From positions 6,442 to 70,441 of the IMG/VR virus record IMGVR_UViG_3300037512_001384: a stretch of 64,000 nucleotides of DNA; one strand, given 5' to 3'. A model generated the notes under the pieces. It was given only the letters and a program-made list of their open reading frames with translations, made no database searches and was not told the DNA's origin. Positions 1 through 8,222 of this stretch are shown here, one piece after another. Source of the stretch: a virus. A program made the position numbers and the translations under genes. The stretch's first letter is position 1. The number at the start of each line of letters is the position of its first letter.

Positions 1-567
1 CAGGTCGCTCAGTTCCAGATTATGACCCGTGGCTTGATTCAGCTCGCCATACGTAGCGGTCAGTACCTCAGAATAACCAACGCCGTTGTACATGAGGGAG
101 AGCTTGTGAAGTATAACCCCTTCACTGATGACTACGAGTTTGACCCGACCAAACGCACAAGCGACAAGGTTATCGGTTATATGGCATACTTCCGTATGGT
201 TGACGGATATGAGAAGTATTTCTATATGACTGAGGCTGAAGTCCTGGCTCATGGCAAGAAATACTCCAAGTCTTTCAACTCCGGTCCTTGGAAGGACAAC
301 ACAGAGGCTATGTGTCTCAAGACCGTGATGAAGTTGCTCCTCTCCAAGTTCGGTATCCTGTCTATCGAGATGCAGCGTGCCATCAAGTATGACCAGGGTA
401 TCGCTAAGGGTGACTTCACTCAGATGGGTAGCGTCGAGGAGATTGACAATGCTGAAGTGGAATATGTCGATAACCCGGAAGAGAACAACAAGCCCGTTGA
501 AGAGAGCGCAGACAACAAGAAGGAAAGGATGCGCAAGGAAAAGAAGGAGAAACCGGAAATGCCGTAA
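1..567 (+). CDS. recT: RecT-family single-strand annealing protein (N-terminus upstream of window)
   Basis: Frame 1 is open from base 1. The core GYMAYFRMVDGYEKYFYMTEAEV..GPW..MCLKTVMKLLLSKFGILS resembles conserved RecT blocks. Charged K/E tail. Confidence 0.8.
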   Translation, partial: QVAQFQIMTRGLIQLAIRSGQYLRITNAVVHEGELVKYNPFTDDYEFDPTKRTSDKVIGYMAYFRMVDGYEKYFYMTEAEVLAHGKKYSKSFNSGPWKDNTEAMCLKTVMKLLLSKFGILSIEMQRAIKYDQGIAKGDFTQMGSVEEIDNAEVEYVDNPEENNKPVEESADNKKERMRKEKKEKPEMP

Positions 568-570
568 CGC

Positions 571-2658
571 ATGAACAAATACAGCAGCTACACTCCCGAT
601 GAGATGGATAACCTCCTGTCAGGTTATCTCATCGATTCATGGTCATACAGTAAGGTCAACACCTTCGCCCGTAACGAGAAGCAGTTTGAGAAGAACTTCG
701 TCTATCTCGAACCGGACAAACGCAGTATAAGCTCCATTGCCGGTAACGCCTATCACGAGGCGTTGAGGGTTTTCTTCATGGGCTACAATGAAGGTGCGAA
801 GAAGCCGGATCTTGTGGAGTTGTCAACGGTGGCATATAACTACATAGATGATGTTGACGCTAACACATGGAAGCTCAGTGATACTTATCCTTCCGTTGAC
901 CAGGCAAGAGAGCAATGTATCAAGATTGTCACTCTTCTGATTCAGAACTTCTGCGGCGAGTATGGTATCTATACCGACCATATAGCTGAGGTTCTGTCCG
1001 TCGAGGTCAAGGAAGAGTCTCTGGTGGTCTGCAACGGTGTCGATATCCCATTACCTCTGCATTATATTGCAGACCTTGTGATACGCACAAAGGACGGAAA
1101 GGTTGTCATCATAGACCATAAGAGCAAAAGCGCCTATACCGGTGACGATGAGGTCTCTCTTGTGCATGGTCAGCAGGCTATCGCTTACGTACTCGGATAT
1201 GAGCAGCATGACGAGAAGGATGACCGCCATGTAGATGAGGTCTGGTTCATCGAGAATAAGTATTCCAAGAACAAGAACGGCAGCGAGCAGCTTCGTCTGC
1301 ACCGTTTCGTGATGGATGAGGACTCACGCAAATTGCATGAGTATTATCTCTATCAGCCTCTTCGTCGTATGATAGAAGCTGTGGCTGATCCTGACTACAT
1401 CTACACAATCAACGCATCTGACAACCTTGCTGACAAGGCAGAGCTTTACGAGTTCTCGGCACGCACTCTGATTGCAGAGGTTGATGACTTCCCCAATATC
1501 CCGGAAAGGAAGAAGCCTCTGATAGAGAAACGTCAGCGTAAAATCAAGGACTCCAGCATCGCGATGATTTCACCGCGAGTCATACGTTCATTCAGAAAGA
1601 ATGCAGCATCGTTTATTACTTTCGACTATTCGCATAGCAATATGACAAACAAAGAAAAAATCGAACATAAGTTCCGTACCTTCGGCAAACAGGTTCAGGT
1701 AAGCCATGAGATAGAAGGATTCTCATGTAACACCTATCTGTGTGAGGTGGCGGCAGGCATACCCATCGCTTCTCTTAAGACATACGCGAAGGATATCGCT
1801 TACGCTCTTGATGTTCCGTCAGTACGTGTCGCTCAGGACCTGGTGGTACATGAAGGACGTTCTTATCTTTCCATAGAAGTGAGTAAGAAGAGTTCCGAGA
1901 TACTGGCATGGGATGCCAAATATCTTGAGGGTCATCGCATACCTCTCGGACTTGACAACTTCAAAGAGCCGGTAATATGGGATTTGGAGAACCATTCCAC
2001 TCCGCACATGCTTGTCTGTGGTGCTACCGGTTCCGGAAAATCCGTTCTTATCCGCTCTACTATCGCCTATGCCCTTCTCGCCAAGATGCGCGTTATCATC
2101 ATGGATCCCAAATACGAGTTCTCTGCATTCTCAGACAGATGTGAGGTTCATTCGGATATCGCAGACATAGAGAAACGCATGAAGGAACTTGTTGAGGAGA
2201 TGCAAGCCCGCAAGGGTACTTTCGGCGGTCTCACACTGATAGTATTCGATGAGTTCGCTGATGCAGTTTCATCGGCTCGTTCCGGCAAGGAGCTTGACAT
2301 CAGAGAGGAAGTGACAGTCGGTGAGTATAAGGATGGCAGACCGAAGAAGGAGTGGATTGTCACAGGACGTGACAAGAGTCTGGAAGAGAACCTGCAGATG
2401 CTCCTGCAGAAAGGTCGTTCTCTTGGTTATCGCATCCTGTCTGCCACACAGAGAGCTTCAGCCAAGGTTATCACAGGTGACGCCAAGGTCAATTTCCCAT
2501 GTATCTGTTGTTTCAGAGTACCCAAGGCTCTTGACAGTAAGGTTGTGATTGATGAGGATGGCGCACAAGCCCTTGCCGGTAACGGTGACGGACTGTTCAA
2601 GTCGCCTGAGTACATGGATCGTCTCGTGCGATTCCAGGGATTCTTCTATAAAGGATAA
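571..2658 (+). CDS. PD-(D/E)XK (RecB/Cas4-like) nuclease fused to an FtsK/HerA-type P-loop ATPase
   Basis: N-half: IADLV..VVIIDHKSK followed by HGQQAIAYVLGY (D..DxK plus QxxxY). C-half: Walker A CGATGSGKS, Walker B LIVFDEFAD, FtsK signature SATQRASAKVITGDAKVNFP. Starts 4 nt after the recT stop. Confidence 0.7.
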   Translation: MNKYSSYTPDEMDNLLSGYLIDSWSYSKVNTFARNEKQFEKNFVYLEPDKRSISSIAGNAYHEALRVFFMGYNEGAKKPDLVELSTVAYNYIDDVDANTWKLSDTYPSVDQAREQCIKIVTLLIQNFCGEYGIYTDHIAEVLSVEVKEESLVVCNGVDIPLPLHYIADLVIRTKDGKVVIIDHKSKSAYTGDDEVSLVHGQQAIAYVLGYEQHDEKDDRHVDEVWFIENKYSKNKNGSEQLRLHRFVMDEDSRKLHEYYLYQPLRRMIEAVADPDYIYTINASDNLADKAELYEFSARTLIAEVDDFPNIPERKKPLIEKRQRKIKDSSIAMISPRVIRSFRKNAASFITFDYSHSNMTNKEKIEHKFRTFGKQVQVSHEIEGFSCNTYLCEVAAGIPIASLKTYAKDIAYALDVPSVRVAQDLVVHEGRSYLSIEVSKKSSEILAWDAKYLEGHRIPLGLDNFKEPVIWDLENHSTPHMLVCGATGSGKSVLIRSTIAYALLAKMRVIIMDPKYEFSAFSDRCEVHSDIADIEKRMKELVEEMQARKGTFGGLTLIVFDEFADAVSSARSGKELDIREEVTVGEYKDGRPKKEWIVTGRDKSLEENLQMLLQKGRSLGYRILSATQRASAKVITGDAKVNFPCICCFRVPKALDSKVVIDEDGAQALAGNGDGLFKSPEYMDRLVRFQGFFYKG

Positions 2659-2663
2659 TCAAT

Positions 2664-3068
2664 ATGCAAGCAACTGGTAAGATTATAGCAATACTTGAAC
2701 CGCGTTCTGGCATTGCAAAGGCATCGGGCAATCCTTGGTTTATCCAAGGGTTCGTGCTTCAGACCGAAGAGCAATATCCGAAAAAGATACCATTTGAGGT
2801 ATCCGGTGAGGATAGAGTCAAGAACTTCAATATCCAAAAGGGTGAGACGCTGACCATCAGCTTCGATATTGACGCGAAAGAATGGAATGGAAAATGGATT
2901 CCTTCTATTCGATGCTTCAATATATCTCGTGGTGACGGTCAGCAGCAAGCAGCTCCGGCTCAAACGCAGAATCAGCAACCCGCACAACATGCTGCACCTG
3001 CACCGCAGGCACCGCCACCTGATCCGTTAGAGACCCAGGGAGGTGCAGATGATGATGTCCCCTTCTGA
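2664..3068 (+). CDS. DUF3127-type single-stranded DNA-binding protein with Q/P-rich linker and acidic DDDVPF tip
   Basis: MQATGKIIAILEPRSG..GNPW..QYPKKIPFEV..FDIDAKEWNGKW matches the Bacteroidota DUF3127 OB-fold pattern. The C-terminus ends DDDVPF, like the bacterial SSB tip. Confidence 0.75.
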   Translation: MQATGKIIAILEPRSGIAKASGNPWFIQGFVLQTEEQYPKKIPFEVSGEDRVKNFNIQKGETLTISFDIDAKEWNGKWIPSIRCFNISRGDGQQQAAPAQTQNQQPAQHAAPAPQAPPPDPLETQGGADDDVPF

Positions 3069-3133
3069 TTAGGATATGTCATTCATAGCCCGGTTAGGCT
3101 TGGTTGTCTCTCCGGGCACTAAAAGTGTTTTAC

Positions 3134-3418
3134 ATGAACGCAATAGATTTCACTCAGAAATACTCCTATGAGTTCATCCTTAAGCCTCCTCAAACCCTCG
3201 ATTATGAGGAATACAATGTTGATTGGTTCCTCACCCCTCGCGGTGACATGATGTGCAGGCGCGGCGGTTATGAAATATCGTCAGACATTCTGAACCGCCA
3301 ACACTGGCTGTGGTTTCTTGCAGAAAAACGTTGGTTTGACGCCAACACATTTCTTCCCGCCTATTTTGAGGCTTGTCGCAGAGCTGGGATAGAGAAAATT
3401 GAGATGAGGATAAGGTAA
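3134..3418 (+). CDS. hypothetical protein
   Basis: ORF-track ORF trimmed to the first ATG (MNAIDF). Preceded by hairpin GCCCGG..CCGGGC. Confidence 0.4.
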   Translation: MNAIDFTQKYSYEFILKPPQTLDYEEYNVDWFLTPRGDMMCRRGGYEISSDILNRQHWLWFLAEKRWFDANTFLPAYFEACRRAGIEKIEMRIR

Positions 3419-3424
3419 TTAACA

Positions 3425-4258
3425 ATGAAAGATTCATTTGTTTTTCATAAAGACTGGTACTTAGCCTTAAAAGGGTTAGACGTTCAAGACAAAGTTGAGG
3501 TCTATGAAGCTATAATGAGCAAAATATTTGATGGTGTAGATAAGAAACTTTCGCCTGTTGCACAGATGGCAATGAATTTTATTTCGCCACAAATTGAAAG
3601 GGATGTTGAACGTTATAATTCCATTTGTGAGCAACGCAAACTATTTGGTAGTAAGGGCGGTATAGCAAAAGCTACCAAAAGCTACCAAAAGGTAGCAAAA
3701 GGTAGCAAAAGCAAGCAAAAGGTGGCAAGTGTAGCTGATAATGATAATAATATATCATCTTCTACTAACGTAGAATCTGATAATGATATTATAGATATAG
3801 AAGTAAAAGATAAATCTTTTCCTTCTAAGAAAAAAAATAAATTATTTATACCGCCTACATTAAACGAAGTAGAGGCGTATGTAAAAGAAAAAGGCTATCA
3901 TTTCAGCGCCAAGGCATTCTTTGACTATTACGAAGCGGATGACTGGCATTACGGCAAAGGCAGTAATAGAACAAAGATATCGAACTGGAAGCGCTGTTGT
4001 GCCACATGGGAGGAGCGGCGTACTACAAGTAATAATATACCTCGTGAACCCGCATCGTTGTTTGATAACCATACTCCCGAACCGGAAGACGAACAGACTT
4101 TATTACAGAAAGCATACGAAGAACTGAACGACACCCAGGAGGCTGAGATATACGGAATGGTCCCCTATGAGTTTCACATGCTGAATGAGAACGGCAAGAA
4201 ATATTGGCGCGAAGTTTACAAGGAAAAGATGCTTGATTGGATCAAGAGCAACAGATGA
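3425..4258 (+). CDS. putative replication initiator / replisome organizer
   Basis: The N-terminal domain (FHKDWY..RKLFGSKGG) and the W-rich C-terminal block (FFDYYEADDWHYGKG..ISNWKRCCATWEERR) resemble phage replisome-organizer proteins. The central linker is encoded by iteron-like repeats plus an AT-rich tract. Confidence 0.45.
   Translation: MKDSFVFHKDWYLALKGLDVQDKVEVYEAIMSKIFDGVDKKLSPVAQMAMNFISPQIERDVERYNSICEQRKLFGSKGGIAKATKSYQKVAKGSKSKQKVASVADNDNNISSSTNVESDNDIIDIEVKDKSFPSKKKNKLFIPPTLNEVEAYVKEKGYHFSAKAFFDYYEADDWHYGKGSNRTKISNWKRCCATWEERRTTSNNIPREPASLFDNHTPEPEDEQTLLQKAYEELNDTQEAEIYGMVPYEFHMLNENGKKYWREVYKEKMLDWIKSNR
3661..3730. repeat. seven phased 10-bp units each ending AAAA (iteron-like array inside the organizer gene)
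   Basis: tatagcaaaa gctaccaaaa gctaccaaaa ggtagcaaaa ggtagcaaaa gcaagcaaaa ggtggcaagt. GCTACC and GGTAGC are inverted relative to each other. Confidence 0.85.
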
Positions 4259-6150
4259 GCGACAATATTCTTTATGTAGAGGATTTCAGACACGTCTTAG
4301 GCAGCAGGTCATCAGGTAACATAAAAACCTTCTGTCCTTTCTGCCATGAGAATCGTGGAAACAAGAGGGATAAATCCCTTTCGATAAACTGCGCGACCCT
4401 GGCATATAACTGCCATTATTGCGGTGCGAGCGGTTATCTGAAATCCCGGCATGAGGAAATGATGCGGAGAATAGACAGGGAAACAAGACAGATGTCCAAG
4501 ACTTATCGCAAACCCTCGGTCAAGCCCAACCTTCAACCTAAGCTCAATGCGGACATGGTTGAGTATTTCAAAGGGCGCGGCATCAGCGAGAAGACACTTC
4601 TTGAGGCGAAGGTCACAAAGGAGAATTTCTTTTTCCCGCAAGACAATTGCAAGCGCGGATGTATCGCTTTCAACTACTATGTTGATGACGAGCATATCAA
4701 CACCAAATATCGCACAAGGGACAAGCATTTCGCATTCATTGCCGGTGCCAAGGTAGTCCCCTATAACATAGACAGCATAAGAGAGAGCGCATTCAAGAAG
4801 GGTGAAAAGAAAATCTGCATCATCACTGAAGGTGAAGCGGATACTCTCACTTATATCGAATGCGGCTATAAGCATGTCATATCCATGCCGTCCGGTGCTA
4901 ACACCAATCTGGAATGGATGGATGACTTCACCGAATCCCACTTTGATAAACTTGAACTGATTTATGTATCGACAGACAGTGACAAGAAGGGTGTTGAAGC
5001 CAAGAATGAGATAGTACGAAGGTTTGGAGCTGAAGTATGTAAGATAGTTGAGTATCCGGAAGACTGCAAGGATATAAACGAGGTTCTTGTCAAATATGGA
5101 CCGGAGAAGGTAAAGGAATGCTTCGAGGGTGCTGCGGATATTAGAATCCAAGGTGTCGAGGAACTTGTTGACATAGAGTCAGACCTTGACAACCTGTTTA
5201 CTTCGGGACTTCAAAAGGGAGTAACCCTGGGATTGGAGGATATGGATAAACTTCTGTCCTTCAATACCGGAATGGTGACGGTCGTTACAGGAATCCCTTC
5301 GCACGGCAAAACCCAATGGTTGAATTTCGCTCTGATCAGACTCAATATCCTTCACTCATGGAAGGTGGCGTTCTTCTCTCCTGAGTTCTATCCTGTAGCG
5401 CTGCATATATCCCAAATCATAGAGACGCTTGGAGGTAAAAGGTTCTCATCCCAGAACTATACGCCTCAGACTTACGGCATCCTGAAGGAGTATGTCAACA
5501 AGAATTTCTTTTGGGTGGATCCTGATGACACGGATATAAGCTCAGTCTTGGACAGAGCCAAGTTCCTCATCCGCAAGAGAGGTATCAAGGCGTTTGTGAT
5601 TGACCCTTTCAATTCGCTGACAGACGAGAAGCGAACGATATACAAGCAGGATGAATATATTTCGGACTTCCTGCAGAAGATACGATGGTTCGCCAGGAAG
5701 TATGACGTTGCAATGTTCATCGTCATGCATCCCACCAAACAATACAAGCAGGATAACGGCTTATATCCGGTCTGTGACCTGTACTCATGTAAGGGTGCAT
5801 CTGAGATATACGACAAGGCTGATATCGGCATCACCGTATGGAGAAACGAGCAGGGTAATTACGGTGAGGTGCATGTGACCAAGATGAAGTTCCGTCACAT
5901 GGGACAGAAAGGACATGACACTTTCGTCTATAACTTCAATAACGCCCGGTTCGTTGAGATTCCCACTATGGACGCGAAGCGTGTGGCTCCCGACATGGAT
6001 AAAGTGAAGTGGGATAACAGCAATTATGTAATTGAGAATATCAAGACGCAGCAGAATCAGCAGGAATTGGATTTTGGAGCGGAGCAGCCGGAAACACCAC
6101 ATAATGAAAAACCCTTTGATGCGCCGATAGACGAAGATATCCCGTTCTGA
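4255..6150 (+). CDS. bifunctional primase-helicase (zinc finger + TOPRIM + DnaB/RecA-like helicase, T7 gp4-like)
   Basis: CPFC..CHYC zinc motif, TOPRIM ICIITEGEADTL and DSDKKG, Walker A GIPSHGKT. Start taken at the ATGA overlap with the preceding stop. Ends DEDIPF. Confidence 0.85.
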   Translation: MSDNILYVEDFRHVLGSRSSGNIKTFCPFCHENRGNKRDKSLSINCATLAYNCHYCGASGYLKSRHEEMMRRIDRETRQMSKTYRKPSVKPNLQPKLNADMVEYFKGRGISEKTLLEAKVTKENFFFPQDNCKRGCIAFNYYVDDEHINTKYRTRDKHFAFIAGAKVVPYNIDSIRESAFKKGEKKICIITEGEADTLTYIECGYKHVISMPSGANTNLEWMDDFTESHFDKLELIYVSTDSDKKGVEAKNEIVRRFGAEVCKIVEYPEDCKDINEVLVKYGPEKVKECFEGAADIRIQGVEELVDIESDLDNLFTSGLQKGVTLGLEDMDKLLSFNTGMVTVVTGIPSHGKTQWLNFALIRLNILHSWKVAFFSPEFYPVALHISQIIETLGGKRFSSQNYTPQTYGILKEYVNKNFFWVDPDDTDISSVLDRAKFLIRKRGIKAFVIDPFNSLTDEKRTIYKQDEYISDFLQKIRWFARKYDVAMFIVMHPTKQYKQDNGLYPVCDLYSCKGASEIYDKADIGITVWRNEQGNYGEVHVTKMKFRHMGQKGHDTFVYNFNNARFVEIPTMDAKRVAPDMDKVKWDNSNYVIENIKTQQNQQELDFGAEQPETPHNEKPFDAPIDEDIPF

Positions 6151-6688
6151 TCAAGACATACTTTATAGGCATATTATATTTCTTAGAGCCATGCATTATG
6201 GTATCCTTGCGACCGTCATAACCGGTTGCTATCTCCTGTATGGCTTCATGGTCAAAGAAATACTTCTCCTGTTTTGACATCAGGAATATATATTCATGTG
6301 CCTTCGTACAGCGGTCTTTGATGCTTTCGGGCTGCGGATTCAGCTTATGCCAGATGATGTCATTTCTCAGACGGAATCCGATACGGTCTCTTAGTGCGAA
6401 AGCCGCCATCCAGGGAATACCGATAAGACTTTTTGCATTGTCATAGCTATCTCCGAGGTTCAGCCAGAGCGTTCCTTCCGGTTTAAGAACGCGAAACACT
6501 TCCGTGAATACTTCGGTGAGTCTGTCGATATACTCTTCTGGTGACTTCTCCAGACCTATCTGACCGTCAATACCGTAGTCTCGCAGATTGAAATATGGCG
6601 GTGAGGTGACACAGCAATCAACGCAGTTGTCAGGAAGGCTTTTCATTCCGGTGAGGCAGTCTTCATTGAAAACTTTGTTGATTTCCAT
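6041..6688 (-). CDS. N-terminal half of a beta-class N4/N6 DNA methyltransferase (SPPY motif IV), separated from its 3' half by inversion
   Basis: MEINKVFNEDCL..DCCVTSPPYFNLRDY..LWLNLGDSY..NDIIWHK..HEYIFLMSK. Methyltransferase similarity stops at the repeat (6163-6175). The rest of the ORF is read-through antisense to the primase-helicase gene. Confidence 0.75.
   Translation of the reverse strand: MEINKVFNEDCLTGMKSLPDNCVDCCVTSPPYFNLRDYGIDGQIGLEKSPEEYIDRLTEVFTEVFRVLKPEGTLWLNLGDSYDNAKSLIGIPWMAAFALRDRIGFRLRNDIIWHKLNPQPESIKDRCTKAHEYIFLMSKQEKYFFDHEAIQEIATGYDGRKDTIMHGSKKYNMPIKYVLIRTGYLRLSAHQRVFHYVVFPAAPLQNPIPADSAAS
6163..6175. repeat. left inverted repeat of invertible segment 1 (TTATAGGCATATT)
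   Basis: Perfect reverse complement of 6692-6704. An imperfect extension brings it to about 20 bp. Confidence 0.9.
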
Positions 6689-6691
6689 TAC

Positions 6692-6704
6692 AATATGCCT
6701 ATAA
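6692..6704. repeat. right inverted repeat of invertible segment 1 (AATATGCCTATAA)
   Basis: Reverse complement of 6163-6175. Contains the ATG (6695) of the downstream ORF, in the same codon phase as the N-half. Confidence 0.9.
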
Positions 6705-7108
6705 TGCCTTCGGGTAACAGGCAGACGATGGCTACGCACGGGCATCAGCGATGGAGGTTCAAGAACCTTCAGGATGATGGACAGCAACCCAATTCGATGC
6801 ATATCAGACGTGCTGCCGGATTGCCGGACCAGCAATATCCGGTCAGAAACAAAAGGGATGTATGGAGTGTAGCCACCAAACCTGAGAAGGCGGCTCATTT
6901 CGCTGTCTATCCCGAAGAGCTCATCAGACCTTGCATCCTTGCCGGATGTCCGAAAGGTGGCCTGGTGCTTGACCCGTTTATGGGAAGTGGCACGACAGCC
7001 AGGGTCGCCCGTAAGTACAATCGCAACTTCATAGGGTATGAACTGAACCCTGAATATATCAAGATTATCAATCAGAAGACGGTGGTGACACCGGACTTGT
7101 TCTCATAG
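6695..7108 (+). CDS. C-terminal half of the same beta-class DNA methyltransferase (AdoMet-binding motif I)
   Basis: RNKRDVWSVATKP..AHFAVYPEELIRPCI..VLDPFMGSGTTARVA..GYELNPEY. No motif IV on this strand. Confidence 0.75.
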   Translation: MPIMPSGNRQTMATHGHQRWRFKNLQDDGQQPNSMHIRRAAGLPDQQYPVRNKRDVWSVATKPEKAAHFAVYPEELIRPCILAGCPKGGLVLDPFMGSGTTARVARKYNRNFIGYELNPEYIKIINQKTVVTPDLFS

Positions 7109-7114
7109 AAACCT

Positions 7115-7141
7115 ATTGTTTAACTAAATATCTATAGTATG
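7115..7141 (+). promoter_or_regulatory. plus-strand copy of the conserved leader motif (ATTGTTTAACTAAATATCTATAGTATG)
   Basis: Same motif and ATG spacing as the roughly 30 minus-strand cassettes at 27-45 kb. Confidence 0.5.
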
Positions 7142-7648
7142 GCAGGTTTAAGAAGTAGAAGTGGTTTTTGGATGGAAGCAACCATCGAGATCACAGAGAC
7201 AACCCCCAAAGGGTTGCCAAAGACAGTGAGAGAACGCTACACAGTTGAGGCAGCGTCATTCATTGACGGTGAGGAGAGAATCCGCAAGGAGCTCAACTAC
7301 TCCAACCGTCCTATCAAGACCGTGAGCGGTATGTTGCGCCCCAAGTACGGTGAGATTTGTTTCTCTGATGACGCAGCAGCTGAGAACTGGTACAAGGTTA
7401 AGGTTGATATGAAGGAGGAGGTAGAGGTAAGAACCCGTAAGGGTGGCACCCGCACCAAGACCAAGACCGTATCGCACTATTATCTTGTCCAGTCTGACTC
7501 CAACGAGAACGCTCGCAAGGCAATCGGTGACGAGATTTACAAGGGTTCAAACGCCGACTATGAGATAGCCGATGTCGTGAAGACCCGTATCCTGGATGTG
7601 CTGGAGAAGGATAAGCATCTGAAGAGTGCTGAGAAAAAGGAAAATTAA
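7139..7648 (+). CDS. DUF4494-like protein
   Basis: FWMEATIEI..YTVEAASFIDGEERI..WYKVKVDM..YYLVQSDS fits the Bacteroidota DUF4494 pattern. The start is supported by the leader motif. Confidence 0.55.
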   Translation: MAGLRSRSGFWMEATIEITETTPKGLPKTVRERYTVEAASFIDGEERIRKELNYSNRPIKTVSGMLRPKYGEICFSDDAAAENWYKVKVDMKEEVEVRTRKGGTRTKTKTVSHYYLVQSDSNENARKAIGDEIYKGSNADYEIADVVKTRILDVLEKDKHLKSAEKKEN

Positions 7649-7669
7649 CCGTACACCATTTTGTTGTTG

Positions 7670-7712
7670 GAAAGCCCTATGCCGTGCCATTGCGGTGTAG
7701 GGCTTTCTTTTT
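7670..7712 (+). terminator. rho-independent terminator
   Basis: GAAAGCCCTA..TAGGGCTTTC stem followed by TTTTT. Confidence 0.8.
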
Positions 7713-7722
7713 GAGAGAAGGG

Positions 7723-8202
7723 ATGAATACGTATGTAATTACTTTATCACAGACTTTCCCTGTGACACATAAACGCGCCGGTGAGCCCACCGACTTCGAG
7801 CATAAGTTCACCGCCGCGACCCACAAGTGGCTTGACCATTGGTGGAAGCGTCATACCATTCGTGCCAATTACGAATTATGGCGTAAGCGCTTTGAAAAGA
7901 TAGATGCCGGTCAAGCCCAGCTGTCTATACGTCAGTGGTCAGGTAAGCCTTACGCTTCCAAACAGGTTCAACTGGCTGTGCTCACCAAAGCTGACGGCAT
8001 CGGAATACAGAAACTGCAGTTCGATGTTGACAGGGATGGTATGCATTCCTTGAACCTGATAGAGATTGACGGCAAATCCGTAAGCAAGGAGCTTCTGGCA
8101 TATAACGATGGGTTGAAAATTGAGGATTGGATGGAATGGTTCCGTCGGTATGACCTCTCCAAACCTCTGGCTGTAATTCATTTCACAAGCATCAGGTATT
8201 AA
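7723..8202 (+). CDS. hypothetical protein
   Basis: ORF trimmed to MNTYVITL, downstream of the terminator. Confidence 0.5.
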   Translation: MNTYVITLSQTFPVTHKRAGEPTDFEHKFTAATHKWLDHWWKRHTIRANYELWRKRFEKIDAGQAQLSIRQWSGKPYASKQVQLAVLTKADGIGIQKLQFDVDRDGMHSLNLIEIDGKSVSKELLAYNDGLKIEDWMEWFRRYDLSKPLAVIHFTSIRY

Positions 8203-8222
8203 CGATTATATCTGTCTGGGTT

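Larger units (their letters stand above)
6163..6704. other. candidate invertible DNA segment 1 carrying the 5' half of a methyltransferase gene
   Basis: Bounded by 13-bp perfect inverted repeats. In-silico inversion joins 6688->6176 in frame to 6692->7108, giving one 309-aa beta-class methyltransferase. Confidence 0.6.

Noticed and set aside
4312-5151. 279-aa minus-strand ORF antisense to the primase-helicase gene
   Set aside because: It lies entirely inside a well-supported gene. The composition is not protein-like, and there is no cassette or coupled start. It is a shadow ORF.
6041-6162. C-terminal 40 aa of minus-strand ORF 6041-6688 as part of the methyltransferase
   Set aside because: Methyltransferase similarity ends at the inverted repeat. 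The tail is antisense to the primase-helicase 3' end and is read-through created by the inversion.
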